64,000 nucleotides of DNA from Promethearchaeota archaeon (GTDB lineage Archaea; Asgardarchaeota; Lokiarchaeia; Sigyniarchaeales; SOKP01), in the NCBI GenBank assembly GCA_048941285.1, contig JBHLNS010000003.1, forward strand, positions 1 through 64,000. The letters are read 5' to 3'. The position numbers were made by a program, and so were the translations under genes. Position 1 is the first letter of the stretch. Each line of letters opens with the position of its first letter. Shown in pieces: positions 9,387 to 19,478 of the stretch. The notes beneath the pieces are model-generated. The model was not told where the DNA came from, ran no database searches, and saw nothing but the letters and a program-made list of their open reading frames with translations.

Positions 9387-9676
9387 TTAATAACCAATTA
9401 AAAAATAAAAATTTAATTGAGGATTTATTAGGATCAAGAGCTAGAGTTAAAATCTTAAAAATTCTGGCTAAATTTGATGAATTAACAATTTCATTAATTA
9501 TTACAAAAACCAGGTTAAATTATTCCTGTGTTTTAAAACATCTAAATTTTCTAATATTGCATAACTTAATTCAAGAAAAGAAGTTTGGTAGAATAAAAAT
9601 CTTTAGGTTTAAATTAGAAAATATGAAAGCGAGGAGTCTTAAAAATTTTATAGAAATTTGGGAAGGTGATTATTAG
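9383..9676 (+). CDS. ArsR-like winged-helix protein
   Basis: LLGSRARVKILKIL...HL...KKFGRIKIF; ATGA overlap with cdc6 stop. Confidence 0.75.
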   Translation: MINNQLKNKNLIEDLLGSRARVKILKILAKFDELTISLIITKTRLNYSCVLKHLNFLILHNLIQEKKFGRIKIFRFKLENMKARSLKNFIEIWEGDY

Positions 9677-9679
9677 TAT

Positions 9680-10350
9680 ATGGACTTATTGATTTTATCT
9701 TTAACTATAATATATTTAAGTATAACATTTTTCATAACTTCGTATTTTGATATTAAATATCGTAAAGTCCCAAAAAAATTTTTTAAGTTAGCATTTGTCT
9801 GCATTACTTTTCTATATATAATTGAATATTATAGAGCTCCGCATCATTTCTTATTATTTATTTTTGTCAAATTTTTTTTTTTTTAATTGTTTTTATCCTT
9901 TCTTTTCTCTTATTTATTTTAAAAATAATAGGCGGAAGTGATGGGAAACTTATAATTATGATTTTTTTAATTCACCCTTTAAAATATGTAAATCTGTTTT
10001 TTGTTTTTTCATTTTTTTTATGGTTTTCATTATTTTTTATTATTTTATTCTTGCAGAACTTTATTTTAAACTCTTTATTTAAAAATAATATTGTATTTAT
10101 ATCGTTCTTTGACTTATATTCAAAATTCTCAGTCTTTAAGAGATTATATATCAAAAGTTTTTTCAAATTCTTAAATTATTCAAAATTGAGTGATTACAAA
10201 GAAGAAAAAATGTTCCTTAAATCTCTCTTGTTAGTTTTTAATAATAGAGAAAAGAAATTTCAGGTATTAATTCAATATAGACCTCCACTTATTTTATTAA
10301 TTATCTTTACATACTTCATTTCTTGGTTTATTAGACTAGCGATTAATTAA
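9680..10350 (+). pseudogene. A24 prepilin peptidase, frameshifted at a T13 run (or a sequencing error)
   Basis: First frame has YFDIKYRKV (first Asp); after T13 (9872-9884) another frame reads IGGSDGKL (GxxD second Asp) into ORF 9958-10350; one extra T restores one ORF. Confidence 0.8.
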
Positions 10351-10430
10351 TAAATATCGAATTAATTTTAAATTTAATAATTTTTATTAGATTAATGAAC
10401 CATAATAATTTTTAACGGGAAAAATAAATA

Positions 10431-10823
10431 ATGGAGATAGAAAAAACTCGAGAAACATCATGGAAAATTCAACTAAAGAATAAAAATGAAAATATTGAAA
10501 TTACTTCTGTTGAAATTAGTGGTGAAGTTCGCATAATTAAGTTGGCACTCCTAAATAACGATAAAACAGTTAAAGTTGAGATGAATAAAGAAGAATTTTT
10601 TAATTTTCTATCTTTAATCTCTGCATTTAAAGATGTGGTTATCGGGGAAGAATCTCTTACAATTGAGGAAGAGCTAGAACTAATTGATGACCGTCAAAGC
10701 GAAATTCAACAAGAAATCCCAAAATTAGATGATAATTTATATCAATTACATACTGATACTGCTGAAAAAAACTATGAAAATGAAGATGAAGAATTAAACC
10801 CGGAAGAATGGGATCCTTGGTAA
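10431..10823 (+). CDS. Hypothetical protein with acidic C-terminal tail ending WDPW
   Basis: Beta-rich N-terminus, one helix, long acidic tail. Confidence 0.65.
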   Translation: MEIEKTRETSWKIQLKNKNENIEITSVEISGEVRIIKLALLNNDKTVKVEMNKEEFFNFLSLISAFKDVVIGEESLTIEEELELIDDRQSEIQQEIPKLDDNLYQLHTDTAEKNYENEDEELNPEEWDPW

Positions 10824-10828
10824 AAATT

Positions 10829-11317
10829 CTACTTTATTTTCTCAATTTTATACTCGCAGAATTCTAAGTTTAGATCCTCTAAACAACATTGAGTTTCAGA
10901 AACATTTACTTTATAAAGGGCAAATTCTCCAATGCCTGATAACATTCCCGTTATAAAATAGCAAAAATATTTAGATTTGTTTTCCAGTTGTGATGAAATA
11001 TTATGAAAGAGATTTAAGATAATTAACTCCTCAGTAATTTGTTTTGGCACAAAACGACCCCATCCATGATTACTTAATATATTACAGCATTGATTAATTA
11101 AATCTTCTAAGGTCTTTGGTTGTATATTTTCATCCCAATCTTGTATTAGATTCCAACCAGCCTTCTTGCCAAGCCAAACTAATAATGATTTTACCCCTTC
11201 TCCGTAAATAGATGATAAGATATCAATTACTTGAGGAGGAAAAAACACAAATCGATCATTATAGAGGTGATATTTACCTTTATTATATTTAAGTCCTTTT
11301 AATTTTAAACCTCTCAT
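10829..11317 (-). CDS. V4R domain protein (Bet3/TRAPP-related fold)
   Basis: LGKKAG, HGWGRF, CYFITGMLSG, ETQC...CEY V4R pattern. Confidence 0.85.
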   Translation of the reverse strand: MRGLKLKGLKYNKGKYHLYNDRFVFFPPQVIDILSSIYGEGVKSLLVWLGKKAGWNLIQDWDENIQPKTLEDLINQCCNILSNHGWGRFVPKQITEELIILNLFHNISSQLENKSKYFCYFITGMLSGIGEFALYKVNVSETQCCLEDLNLEFCEYKIEKIK

Positions 11318-11477
11318 AATTATTATCAGCTTTTTTTCTTATATAATATTTTCTAACACTGCTACTATTTATAAAAAATTGATTTTCAAGTTTATAAAAA
11401 TAATTTTGAATAATTAAATTTATTAAAAATAATAATACGAGCCCTTTAAATAATTTCTAGAGCATATTGTTCAAGAA

Positions 11478-11777
11478 ATGTTAGAATTTAATATCTTATT
11501 ATTTGAAATTTTATTAATTTTAAGTATTTTTATTTTTATTTTCATATATTCTGCATTTTCTGTTGATATGCTTACAACCTTAGTTTCTCTTTTAATTTTT
11601 CTAATTCTATTAATTCCTTTTTACATAGGACTAGAAAGATTGGAAGTTATAATATATATAAACGATTTAGAATCTATAAATTTTTTTAAGTTAATTTTCT
11701 TTTATTCAATACTCATAAATATCTTTATTGGATTATTTCTAGTTGTTCAAACCATTTACCTTATCGGTTTTTCTTAA
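11478..11777 (+). CDS. Small membrane protein
   Basis: About three hydrophobic helices. Confidence 0.6.
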   Translation: MLEFNILLFEILLILSIFIFIFIYSAFSVDMLTTLVSLLIFLILLIPFYIGLERLEVIIYINDLESINFFKLIFFYSILINIFIGLFLVVQTIYLIGFS

Positions 11778-11795
11778 TAATATAATAAGGCTGCT

Positions 11796-13322
11796 TTAAA
11801 AAAAATTCAATGCATTAATGTAAGAAGAAATAAAGGTTAGAATAAAAATTAGGTTAGAAATAATAATAATAAGAAGCTTATTCTGATAATTAATTACTTT
11901 CAAGAAATAATTAGAAGTAATTGAAATACTTGATATAAAGACAATAAAAATCAATAAAGTATAGTAAAAATTCGCCATATTGCTAAAATCAATTAAAAAT
12001 GTAGGATTAATTGAATTAATATTCCTTGTTATTAATAGAAAGAAAGGAACCATACCTGATATTCCCCCAATTAATATTGGTAAAAGAAAAATAAAGAAAA
12101 ATATTTTAAATTTCTCTCCTTTCATTATAATTTCGAGTTTTTTTTCAAGCCTTTGATGATTATAAAGTATATTTAATATTTCTGTAATTTTTTCGTTGGA
12201 ATAATATGGATTTTCTGTAACAAATTTTTCGATAAGATCTAATATTAATGAGCATCTTTTTGAGTTTAATTCTAGTTTAAAATATTGTATCATTTCATAG
12301 AAGGAACAATTGAAATTCAATAGCCGAGATAATTGATTCTTAAGAGTTTTCCCTAATACTAGAAATAAATTTTTATTCTGTGAATATGATTTTAGGAAGG
12401 CTTTTTCAGGTGAAAAATTATTCTTTAAATTTGCAGCAAAACTACTTAAAAATAGTAAAAATTCTTTAAATTTTTTCTTTTCTACACCAGAATAGTCATT
12501 TAAGACACCAATCATATAGGAATTTACTTTTATAAATTTTCGGCATAAAAAATTTAAAATTAGTAAAAAGGAAGGAATTAAGACCATTAGAGTGAATATA
12601 TTTACTAATTGAAATAGAATCAAAAAACATAGGCCAATTGGAAAAAAAACACCAATAAAAAATAAAATGCTTATTTTTGATTGAATCTCTTTTAAATAAA
12701 TTCTAAAATTCTTTTCTAACATAGTTTCTTTATCTTTATCAAATGAATAGTCAAAATCAAAATTATTAATCAATAGATTGTTCAAGTATAGATTAAAATC
12801 CCTTGATGGTGTTAAAATTCTCATCAGTTCGTTTTCAGGGATTTCGCCTTCATGAATTTTGACCAAAATATTTTTGAATTGATTCTGAATTGGAAGATTA
12901 TATTCTTTAATTAACTTTATAAAACTTAAATGAAAATCAGAATTAGATTTTAATGTTTTCCTTACTAAAGAAAAATGTATTTTGATTAAATGAAGCATAG
13001 CATTAATTTCTACCTCTTTTTTTTTAATATCATGGAAAATGATTAAATTGAATCTATAGGAGATAAATAAACTGAGGATTATTGAATATAATATTATTAT
13101 GAGAATATTGAATTTTATAATAATGATTGATAAAAAAAACGAAACACTAAATGATATTATGCAGATTATAAAACTTGCTCTATTAACGTCATCTTTATCA
13201 ATTTCATATAAATTTCTGTACAATTGACTATAATGTTCATTCAACTCCTTAAATTTTGTCTTAGGTAAATAAGGATTTTTGAACTTTTTACAAAAATTAA
13301 CGTAATTCTTAAGAGACTTCAT
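11796..13322 (-). CDS. TadB/TadC (GspF-like) pilus platform membrane protein
   Basis: Two GspF-like cytoplasmic domains (IHEGEIPENEL; NLKNNFSPEKAF) alternating with TM helices; downstream of secretion ATPase. Confidence 0.75.
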   Translation of the reverse strand: MKSLKNYVNFCKKFKNPYLPKTKFKELNEHYSQLYRNLYEIDKDDVNRASFIICIISFSVSFFLSIIIIKFNILIIILYSIILSLFISYRFNLIIFHDIKKKEVEINAMLHLIKIHFSLVRKTLKSNSDFHLSFIKLIKEYNLPIQNQFKNILVKIHEGEIPENELMRILTPSRDFNLYLNNLLINNFDFDYSFDKDKETMLEKNFRIYLKEIQSKISILFFIGVFFPIGLCFLILFQLVNIFTLMVLIPSFLLILNFLCRKFIKVNSYMIGVLNDYSGVEKKKFKEFLLFLSSFAANLKNNFSPEKAFLKSYSQNKNLFLVLGKTLKNQLSRLLNFNCSFYEMIQYFKLELNSKRCSLILDLIEKFVTENPYYSNEKITEILNILYNHQRLEKKLEIIMKGEKFKIFFFIFLLPILIGGISGMVPFFLLITRNINSINPTFLIDFSNMANFYYTLLIFIVFISSISITSNYFLKVINYQNKLLIIIISNLIFILTFISSYINALNFF

Positions 13323-13335
13323 ATAATTTAGAATA

Positions 13336-13758
13336 TTAATATAAGATAATTAAATTAATTTTGATAAAAGACAAATAATGGGAGATATTCAAAAGATATG
13401 ACCCTGGAGTAATTTCTTGAAAGTTTTGCTTGACAAAATACCCATCATATTCTTTAATTTTAACACAAAGTTGATTTTCTATTAAAAATTCATATCTGGC
13501 AATGTTAGAATATAATGTCAAATTTAAATTAGATGGATATTCTATATTCCGCAAATATGTCTCATCTTGATTTTCTATTACATGATTAATTCCTTGGTCA
13601 ATTTCGTTAATAAAAAACATATAATCTTCTAATTCATTTCTTCCATTTTGATTAAATTCTACTATAGTCCCTAAGAAAGGAATTAATATAGAAGAAAAAA
13701 TTGTAAGTGTAAAAATCCCAAAACCTAATAATAAGCTTTTTTCAATCAGATTTGTCAT
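13336..13758 (-). CDS. Putative minor pilin
   Basis: N-terminal MTNLIEKSLLLGFGIF hydrophobic helix followed by beta-rich body; between ATPase and platform genes. Confidence 0.55.
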   Translation of the reverse strand: MTNLIEKSLLLGFGIFTLTIFSSILIPFLGTIVEFNQNGRNELEDYMFFINEIDQGINHVIENQDETYLRNIEYPSNLNLTLYSNIARYEFLIENQLCVKIKEYDGYFVKQNFQEITPGSYLLNISHYLSFIKINLIILY

Positions 13759-13774
13759 ATATTTGAATAACTAT

Positions 13775-15955
13775 CTATGAATTTAAACCTCGATTCTTTT
13801 TCCAAGTATTCCAAAATTGTTTTAATGCGTCAAGCGAGATTGTTGAATAGTATGAAATTCTATGAAAGAATTCAATTAATTGGAAATTATCTATTTTTTC
13901 AGATTTTAGTAAAAAATCAAAGATTTCATTATATATTTTAATTAGGTATAAGAATTTGTCCATCGTTAAATCCTCATACTTTTTTATATCTAAAAATATA
14001 TTTGTTTCATTAAGAGCTTTTTTTAAGGTCCATTTATCTGTTTGAGGATTGTATTCGAAAATAGTATTGAATAGTTTGCCTTTAGATTTGTTATATTTAT
14101 TTATTTCAAAAATTCCTACGATTTTTCTTTCACTATAATTTTTTTTCATCAATATGATAATATCTAAATCATTAAGGCATGATTTATTTATTTTGAAGTG
14201 ATAAAGGAAACGATTCATAAGGGAGTTAATATTTTTGGAATGTATCGTCTGGAATCCTCTTAATCCGGCTGCTAAACATTGGAACATTGCTTCAGTTTCC
14301 TCTTTTGTAAGAATTTCGCCCAAATATATAATATCCGGTGTTCTATGTAGAAGGGTTTTAATCTGGTTACTTTTTGAATATTTTTCTATGATCGATTCTT
14401 CTAATGAATCTACTTTATATTTTAACTGATGTTTGCCAAATTCAATTTGGTTTAAAGATTCAGTAATATTTTCAACATAAATCTTTCTAAATTCTTTAGG
14501 GGTTAACAGATCTAAAGCATTAATTAGAGTTGTTTTTCCAGTGTCAGTTTCACCTGTGACAGTGATGTTTCTTCTACGAAGTAAATTGAAATACAAAAAT
14601 GCAGCTATTAAGGGATCTATCGTCTCATTTTTTAGTAGATCTTGTATATTGAAAATATTTTTATTTAATTTTCTTATATCTAATGCAAAATTATTGATTT
14701 GAATTGGCTCAATATCAATAGAAAATCTGCAATAAAAATATTTATTCTTAATAACAAATTTAATTATAGGATTCTTAAAATCAAGCCTTTTTCCACTATA
14801 TAATCTAATCAGTGCTTTAATACGGTCAAGTTCTTTTAAATTAAATATTATATTCGTTCGACAACGACCATAAAGTTGATGATTTATGTAAATTTGGTCC
14901 TTAGGAGAATCTAAAAATATCTCTTCTATGAAATCGTCAATTAGTAATGGAAAGAGTTTGTCTAGGTTCAGTTTCTTTATAGCTGTTAAAAACCCAATCT
15001 TTTTGCTAACAGAATTTGAGAATTCAAATTTTGATTTTAATACTTTTAAAGATTCATTCTCATAGAATTCTATTAATTTTTCAAGTGGGACTATTTGATC
15101 AAGTTCAATAATCTCAATATTTTGACAGAGATCTTGTATTATTTTTTCAAAATAATTCTCTTGCGCGCCCCCCTTAAAGAAAAAGTCGACACTGTAACTT
15201 TTTTCAATTTCATGTTCTGTCTCAAAAATAAGGACATTAAAAATATCAGAGCTACCGAGATAATAATTATCTAATAATTTATTATTTCTATTTAAAGCTC
15301 CGTTTCGAATTTCTTGAATATCACTTATTAGTAATGAGGATCCTGAAAAAAGATATTCATAAAAATTCTTGTTATTTTTATCTGTTTTTGTTTCTACTTT
15401 AAAATTTCTATATTTTTGAATAATACTTAAATCATTTAATATTTTAAGAAGGAATTTTATAGAATTTTTAATTATATTATAGCATTCTTGACAAAATGGA
15501 TTATTAATACTTTCTTTCTTTAGATTTACGATCTCTTTTTCATAGATATCATAAATTAAAATTGGATTGAAATATTCGATTTCTCTAATTTTGTACATAG
15601 AGGAAATGTTTGGAAAAACGTTGCATTTAAATTCCTTATAATGACACTTTTGGTTCCTAATTTTTTCAATTTTAGACTTGGTTCTTTTAATTATTTTTAA
15701 AATTTTGAAATAATCTAAAATTAAATTAAATTGACTAGAATTAATTAAGAGGCTATTCCATAATATTGATATATAATGAAACTTTCGATTTCTATATTTA
15801 AATAAAGTCTCGAAAAAGCATTTCATACATTTTTTAGATTTAAAGAAATTGCTCTCCTTTTGGGCACAATTATAACAATCTAGAATTAAAGTTATTTCTT
15901 TTTTCCCGGTTAAATTTTCTTTTTCTCTAAAAAAACTTGATTCTTTCAAAGACAT
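13775..15955 (-). CDS. Type IV pilus/Tad secretion ATPase (TadA/CpaF/FlaI family) with Cys-rich N-terminal extension
   Basis: PLLIDDFIEEI, LDIRK, Walker A GETDTGKTT, HRTPDIIYLGEI, FQTIH; several CxxC pairs at the N-terminus. Confidence 0.9.
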   Translation of the reverse strand: MSLKESSFFREKENLTGKKEITLILDCYNCAQKESNFFKSKKCMKCFFETLFKYRNRKFHYISILWNSLLINSSQFNLILDYFKILKIIKRTKSKIEKIRNQKCHYKEFKCNVFPNISSMYKIREIEYFNPILIYDIYEKEIVNLKKESINNPFCQECYNIIKNSIKFLLKILNDLSIIQKYRNFKVETKTDKNNKNFYEYLFSGSSLLISDIQEIRNGALNRNNKLLDNYYLGSSDIFNVLIFETEHEIEKSYSVDFFFKGGAQENYFEKIIQDLCQNIEIIELDQIVPLEKLIEFYENESLKVLKSKFEFSNSVSKKIGFLTAIKKLNLDKLFPLLIDDFIEEIFLDSPKDQIYINHQLYGRCRTNIIFNLKELDRIKALIRLYSGKRLDFKNPIIKFVIKNKYFYCRFSIDIEPIQINNFALDIRKLNKNIFNIQDLLKNETIDPLIAAFLYFNLLRRRNITVTGETDTGKTTLINALDLLTPKEFRKIYVENITESLNQIEFGKHQLKYKVDSLEESIIEKYSKSNQIKTLLHRTPDIIYLGEILTKEETEAMFQCLAAGLRGFQTIHSKNINSLMNRFLYHFKINKSCLNDLDIIILMKKNYSERKIVGIFEINKYNKSKGKLFNTIFEYNPQTDKWTLKKALNETNIFLDIKKYEDLTMDKFLYLIKIYNEIFDFLLKSEKIDNFQLIEFFHRISYYSTISLDALKQFWNTWKKNRGLNS

Positions 15956-16081
15956 TTAAATATTGTTCTTTAAAAAAAAATTTAAATATCCCTATTTTAG
16001 CTCTAAGCGATAAAATTAGATTTAAATGAAAAAATTTATTTATTTTGTAAAATTCATTTTCAAAAGTAAATGTGATAGACA

Positions 16082-17101
16082 ATGGGTCATAGGAAAAAAC
16101 ACGCACCAAGGCACGGATCATTAGCATTTCTGCCCAGAAAAAGGGCTGTACAAATGAAAGGCCGAGTTCGAAATTGGATTGATGGCCTAGATGAGGTTAA
16201 ATTTCTTGGTTTTGCAGGATTTAAAGCAGGTATGACTCATATTACATATATAGAAGACCAAAAAAACAGTCCATACTATGGAAAAGAGTTAATGAAGCCT
16301 GTAACCGTCATTGAAGTCCCTCCATTAATTCTCATAGGAATTAGAGTTTATAATGAAGATGAGTATGGTAAATACATTATTGCAGAATTATATACTAATG
16401 AATTTAATAATTATTTATCACGAAAAATAAATCTACCAAATTTGGAGAAAAAAGCGAGTAAAGATACAAAAAAAGAAATATTGAAAAATTTGAATGAAAC
16501 GAGTGAGATTAGAGGAATTTTTCAAACACAACCAAATAAGACGTCAATCCCTAGAAAAAAACCTGATATTATTGAAATAAAAATAAATTCAACAAATCAA
16601 CCAAAAGAAGAATTTAATTTTGCATTTAAAAACTTAGGGAAAGAAATTAAAGCTCGAGATGTTCTAACTGAAGGAGAATTAATTGACGTGATTGCTGTAA
16701 CTAAAGGAAAAGGATTCCAAGGCCCTGTGAAAAGATTTGGAGTAAAAATACTTACTCGAAAGAATAGCAAAATAAGAAGAGCTGTTGCATGTATTGGGCC
16801 TTGGCACCCTGCTAGAGTCCTCTATACCGTTCCACGAGCAGGTCAATTAGGATTTCATCAAAGAACAGAATATCATAAAAGAATAATGCAAATAGGTGAA
16901 AATGAAGAAGAAATAAACCCCAAAGGAGGGTTTATTAGATATGGAAAGATTCGTGGAGATTATATCTTACTCTTGGGGTCCATTCCAGGGCCTAAAAAAA
17001 GATTAATTAGAATAAGAAAAACGATAAGACCATTAAGATCTTTTGATGTAAACGCTCCGGAAATTACGTTTATAAGTCGAGAAAGTCAACAAAGAAGATA
17101 A
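16082..17101 (+). CDS. rpl3: 50S ribosomal protein L3
   Basis: MGHRKKHAPRHGSLAFLPRKRA, GFKAGMTH, VTKGKGFQG, AGQLGFHQRTE. Confidence 0.98.
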   Translation: MGHRKKHAPRHGSLAFLPRKRAVQMKGRVRNWIDGLDEVKFLGFAGFKAGMTHITYIEDQKNSPYYGKELMKPVTVIEVPPLILIGIRVYNEDEYGKYIIAELYTNEFNNYLSRKINLPNLEKKASKDTKKEILKNLNETSEIRGIFQTQPNKTSIPRKKPDIIEIKINSTNQPKEEFNFAFKNLGKEIKARDVLTEGELIDVIAVTKGKGFQGPVKRFGVKILTRKNSKIRRAVACIGPWHPARVLYTVPRAGQLGFHQRTEYHKRIMQIGENEEEINPKGGFIRYGKIRGDYILLLGSIPGPKKRLIRIRKTIRPLRSFDVNAPEITFISRESQQRR

Positions 17102-17123
17102 TTTTAATAATTCTGGTGATATT

Positions 17124-17912
17124 ATGGAAAAAATTAATGTTTATAATTTGGATGGAAAGAAAAAAGGACTTATCGATAAGCCAAAAGTATTTGATGTAAA
17201 ACCTCGAGTTGATCTCATTCAAACGGCAAGTTTGATATCGCAGAGTAAAAATAAACAAATGCAAGGAAGAGATAAAAGAGCAGGACTAAGAAATACTGCT
17301 GAGGGGTGGGGGACAGGACATGGAATATCGCGAGCTCCTAGAATAAAAGGTAGTGGATTTGTAACAGCAAGAAATGTAGGAAGGGTACCATTCGCTAAAG
17401 GAGGTAGACAAACACACCCTTTAAAAACAGAAAAAAAAATTAAAAAGAAAATAAATAAACAAACAAATAAACTCTCTATAATCTCAGCAATTTCTGCTTC
17501 TGGTGATATAACTTGGGTTAAGAAAGGGGGTTGTATTATTGAAAACGTTCCCGAAATTCCTTTAGTTGTGGATGATAAAATCCAAACAATAAGAAAAACA
17601 TCAGGGGTCTATTCAACCTTATGCAACCTTGGATTAAAGGAGAATCTACTTAAAATAAAGAAAAATGTAAAAATTAGGGCAGGAAAGGGTAAATCTAGAG
17701 GTCGTAAATATAAAAAAAAGAAAGGGCTTTTAATTGTAATAAAAGATGATTTTGGAATTATTAAAGCTTCAAGAAATATTCCGGGAATGGATGTTATTAA
17801 AATTGAAAATTTATCAATTAACAATCTAGCACCTGGTGGGACATCAGGGAGATTAATACTTTGGACTCAATCGGCTATTAATGAATTACACAATTATGAG
17901 GCGTTTGTATAA
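17124..17912 (+). CDS. rpl4: 50S ribosomal protein L4
   Basis: AEGWGTGHGISRAPR, IRAGKGKSRGR, LAPGG...GRLILWT. Confidence 0.97.
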   Translation: MEKINVYNLDGKKKGLIDKPKVFDVKPRVDLIQTASLISQSKNKQMQGRDKRAGLRNTAEGWGTGHGISRAPRIKGSGFVTARNVGRVPFAKGGRQTHPLKTEKKIKKKINKQTNKLSIISAISASGDITWVKKGGCIIENVPEIPLVVDDKIQTIRKTSGVYSTLCNLGLKENLLKIKKNVKIRAGKGKSRGRKYKKKKGLLIVIKDDFGIIKASRNIPGMDVIKIENLSINNLAPGGTSGRLILWTQSAINELHNYEAFV

Positions 17913-18176
17913 ATGGAGACGTTTTATAAAATTATTGAAAAACCATTAATTACTGAGAAAACTTTTGATTTAATTGAAAAAGAAAATAAATTAGTGTTTA
18001 TAGTAAAAAGAAAAGCAAATAAAAATCAAATTAAAAAAGCCATTGAAAAGTTGCATAATGTAAAAGTAATAAAAGTCAACACGATGATTACCCCTAAAGG
18101 GGAAAAAAAAGCATTTGTTAAACTGCATCCCGAATATTCAGCTCAAGATATTGCAATTGACTTAGGGATTTTTTAA
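17913..18176 (+). CDS. rpl23: 50S ribosomal protein L23
   Basis: PLITEK...[11 protein letters not shown]...VNT...KKAFVKL. Confidence 0.97.
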   Translation: METFYKIIEKPLITEKTFDLIEKENKLVFIVKRKANKNQIKKAIEKLHNVKVIKVNTMITPKGEKKAFVKLHPEYSAQDIAIDLGIF

Positions 18177-19294
18177 TTAATATTTCTTCTAAATTCCTTA
18201 AAATTAAAATTTTGAATTTCTTTTGCATTAATGACTTTAAGTTTCTCTATTAATTTTATAGACTTAATTTTTTGCAATTCCATATTCCCTAAATAATTTA
18301 ATATTAAAATATAAATAAAATATTTAGGATGGTATTTTTCAATGATTTTATAAATGTAATTACAATCCAGTTTTTCTAATATTAAAAATAAATAACTTTG
18401 CTCAATAACAATTAAGTTTTTGCTTAATCTTATGTATTCTATTTGATTATTTAACAGATTTTCTTCAAAATTTTTATTCATTTCTAATAAATTATGAAAA
18501 TCAGATGGGATATTAGAATAAAACAAGTCAAAATAATTATTATAAAAAAAAAAAATGTTATTAATTCCCAATCTCCAGAGAAAATTAGAAAATGTCTTAA
18601 TCTTAATATTTTCTCTTTTCAATAAATTAGAATGAAAAAAATTGTTAACCTTTTTCTCAATATCAGGAGGGGTGTTTACATCATCAGATTTTAAAACAAA
18701 ATAAGGTGAAATTCTAATGTTATCACGATTATCCATTTTAAAATTAAATATTAAATACCCTTCCTGCCCGATATTACTGATAAGATTTAAGAAATTTGAT
18801 ATAAATAATTTTTTTTTTTCAATTAGATCAAAATCAATTATAAAAAAGTCTAAAACATTTGATTTATTCTCAGTCGATATTACAATAGAGTCAAGACTTT
18901 TTGTTATAGTTGGATTAGAACTGAGATTTTGGAAAATAATTGATAAAAATCTCTCTTCTAAGACTTTTTCTCTTAAAATCTTAATTTTATTATAGTTCTC
19001 CTCTAAAGTTTGTTTTAGCATATTAAAATTTTTAATTATATTTTCTTTTTTACTCTCTTCAAAATTAAGAATTATAAGTATTCTATTTTTATCATTTGTG
19101 TCTATTTGAATAGAGTAATATTGAATTATTCTACGGATTAGCAGTTTATTTAAGACAGAATCCAATAATTTATAATTTTGACATTCTAAAATTGTAAACG
19201 CGATAATTTTGCTGTTTTCTTTTAAACTCTTGTAATAAATTAAATTATTCTCGATAAGATATGAAAAAAGTTTATATTTAGTCTTTTTTACCAT
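18173..19294 (-). CDS. Hypothetical protein
   Basis: 373-aa ORF, no recognisable motif. Confidence 0.65.
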   Translation of the reverse strand: MVKKTKYKLFSYLIENNLIYYKSLKENSKIIAFTILECQNYKLLDSVLNKLLIRRIIQYYSIQIDTNDKNRILIILNFEESKKENIIKNFNMLKQTLEENYNKIKILREKVLEERFLSIIFQNLSSNPTITKSLDSIVISTENKSNVLDFFIIDFDLIEKKKLFISNFLNLISNIGQEGYLIFNFKMDNRDNIRISPYFVLKSDDVNTPPDIEKKVNNFFHSNLLKRENIKIKTFSNFLWRLGINNIFFFYNNYFDLFYSNIPSDFHNLLEMNKNFEENLLNNQIEYIRLSKNLIVIEQSYLFLILEKLDCNYIYKIIEKYHPKYFIYILILNYLGNMELQKIKSIKLIEKLKVINAKEIQNFNFKEFRRNIN

Positions 19295-19478
19295 TTCATT
19301 AATATTTCTAACAAGATTTATAAAAACATAAACATTTTCTTAACAACACTATTATCTAAAATCTATAAGATTCGTGTTTATTAATAAAAAACTAAATCTA
19401 GCTTAATTATTTGATTAAATCTTAAAAAAAGACTTAAAATCAGGCTCATTTTATAATTAATTAAATTAAACTTGAATT

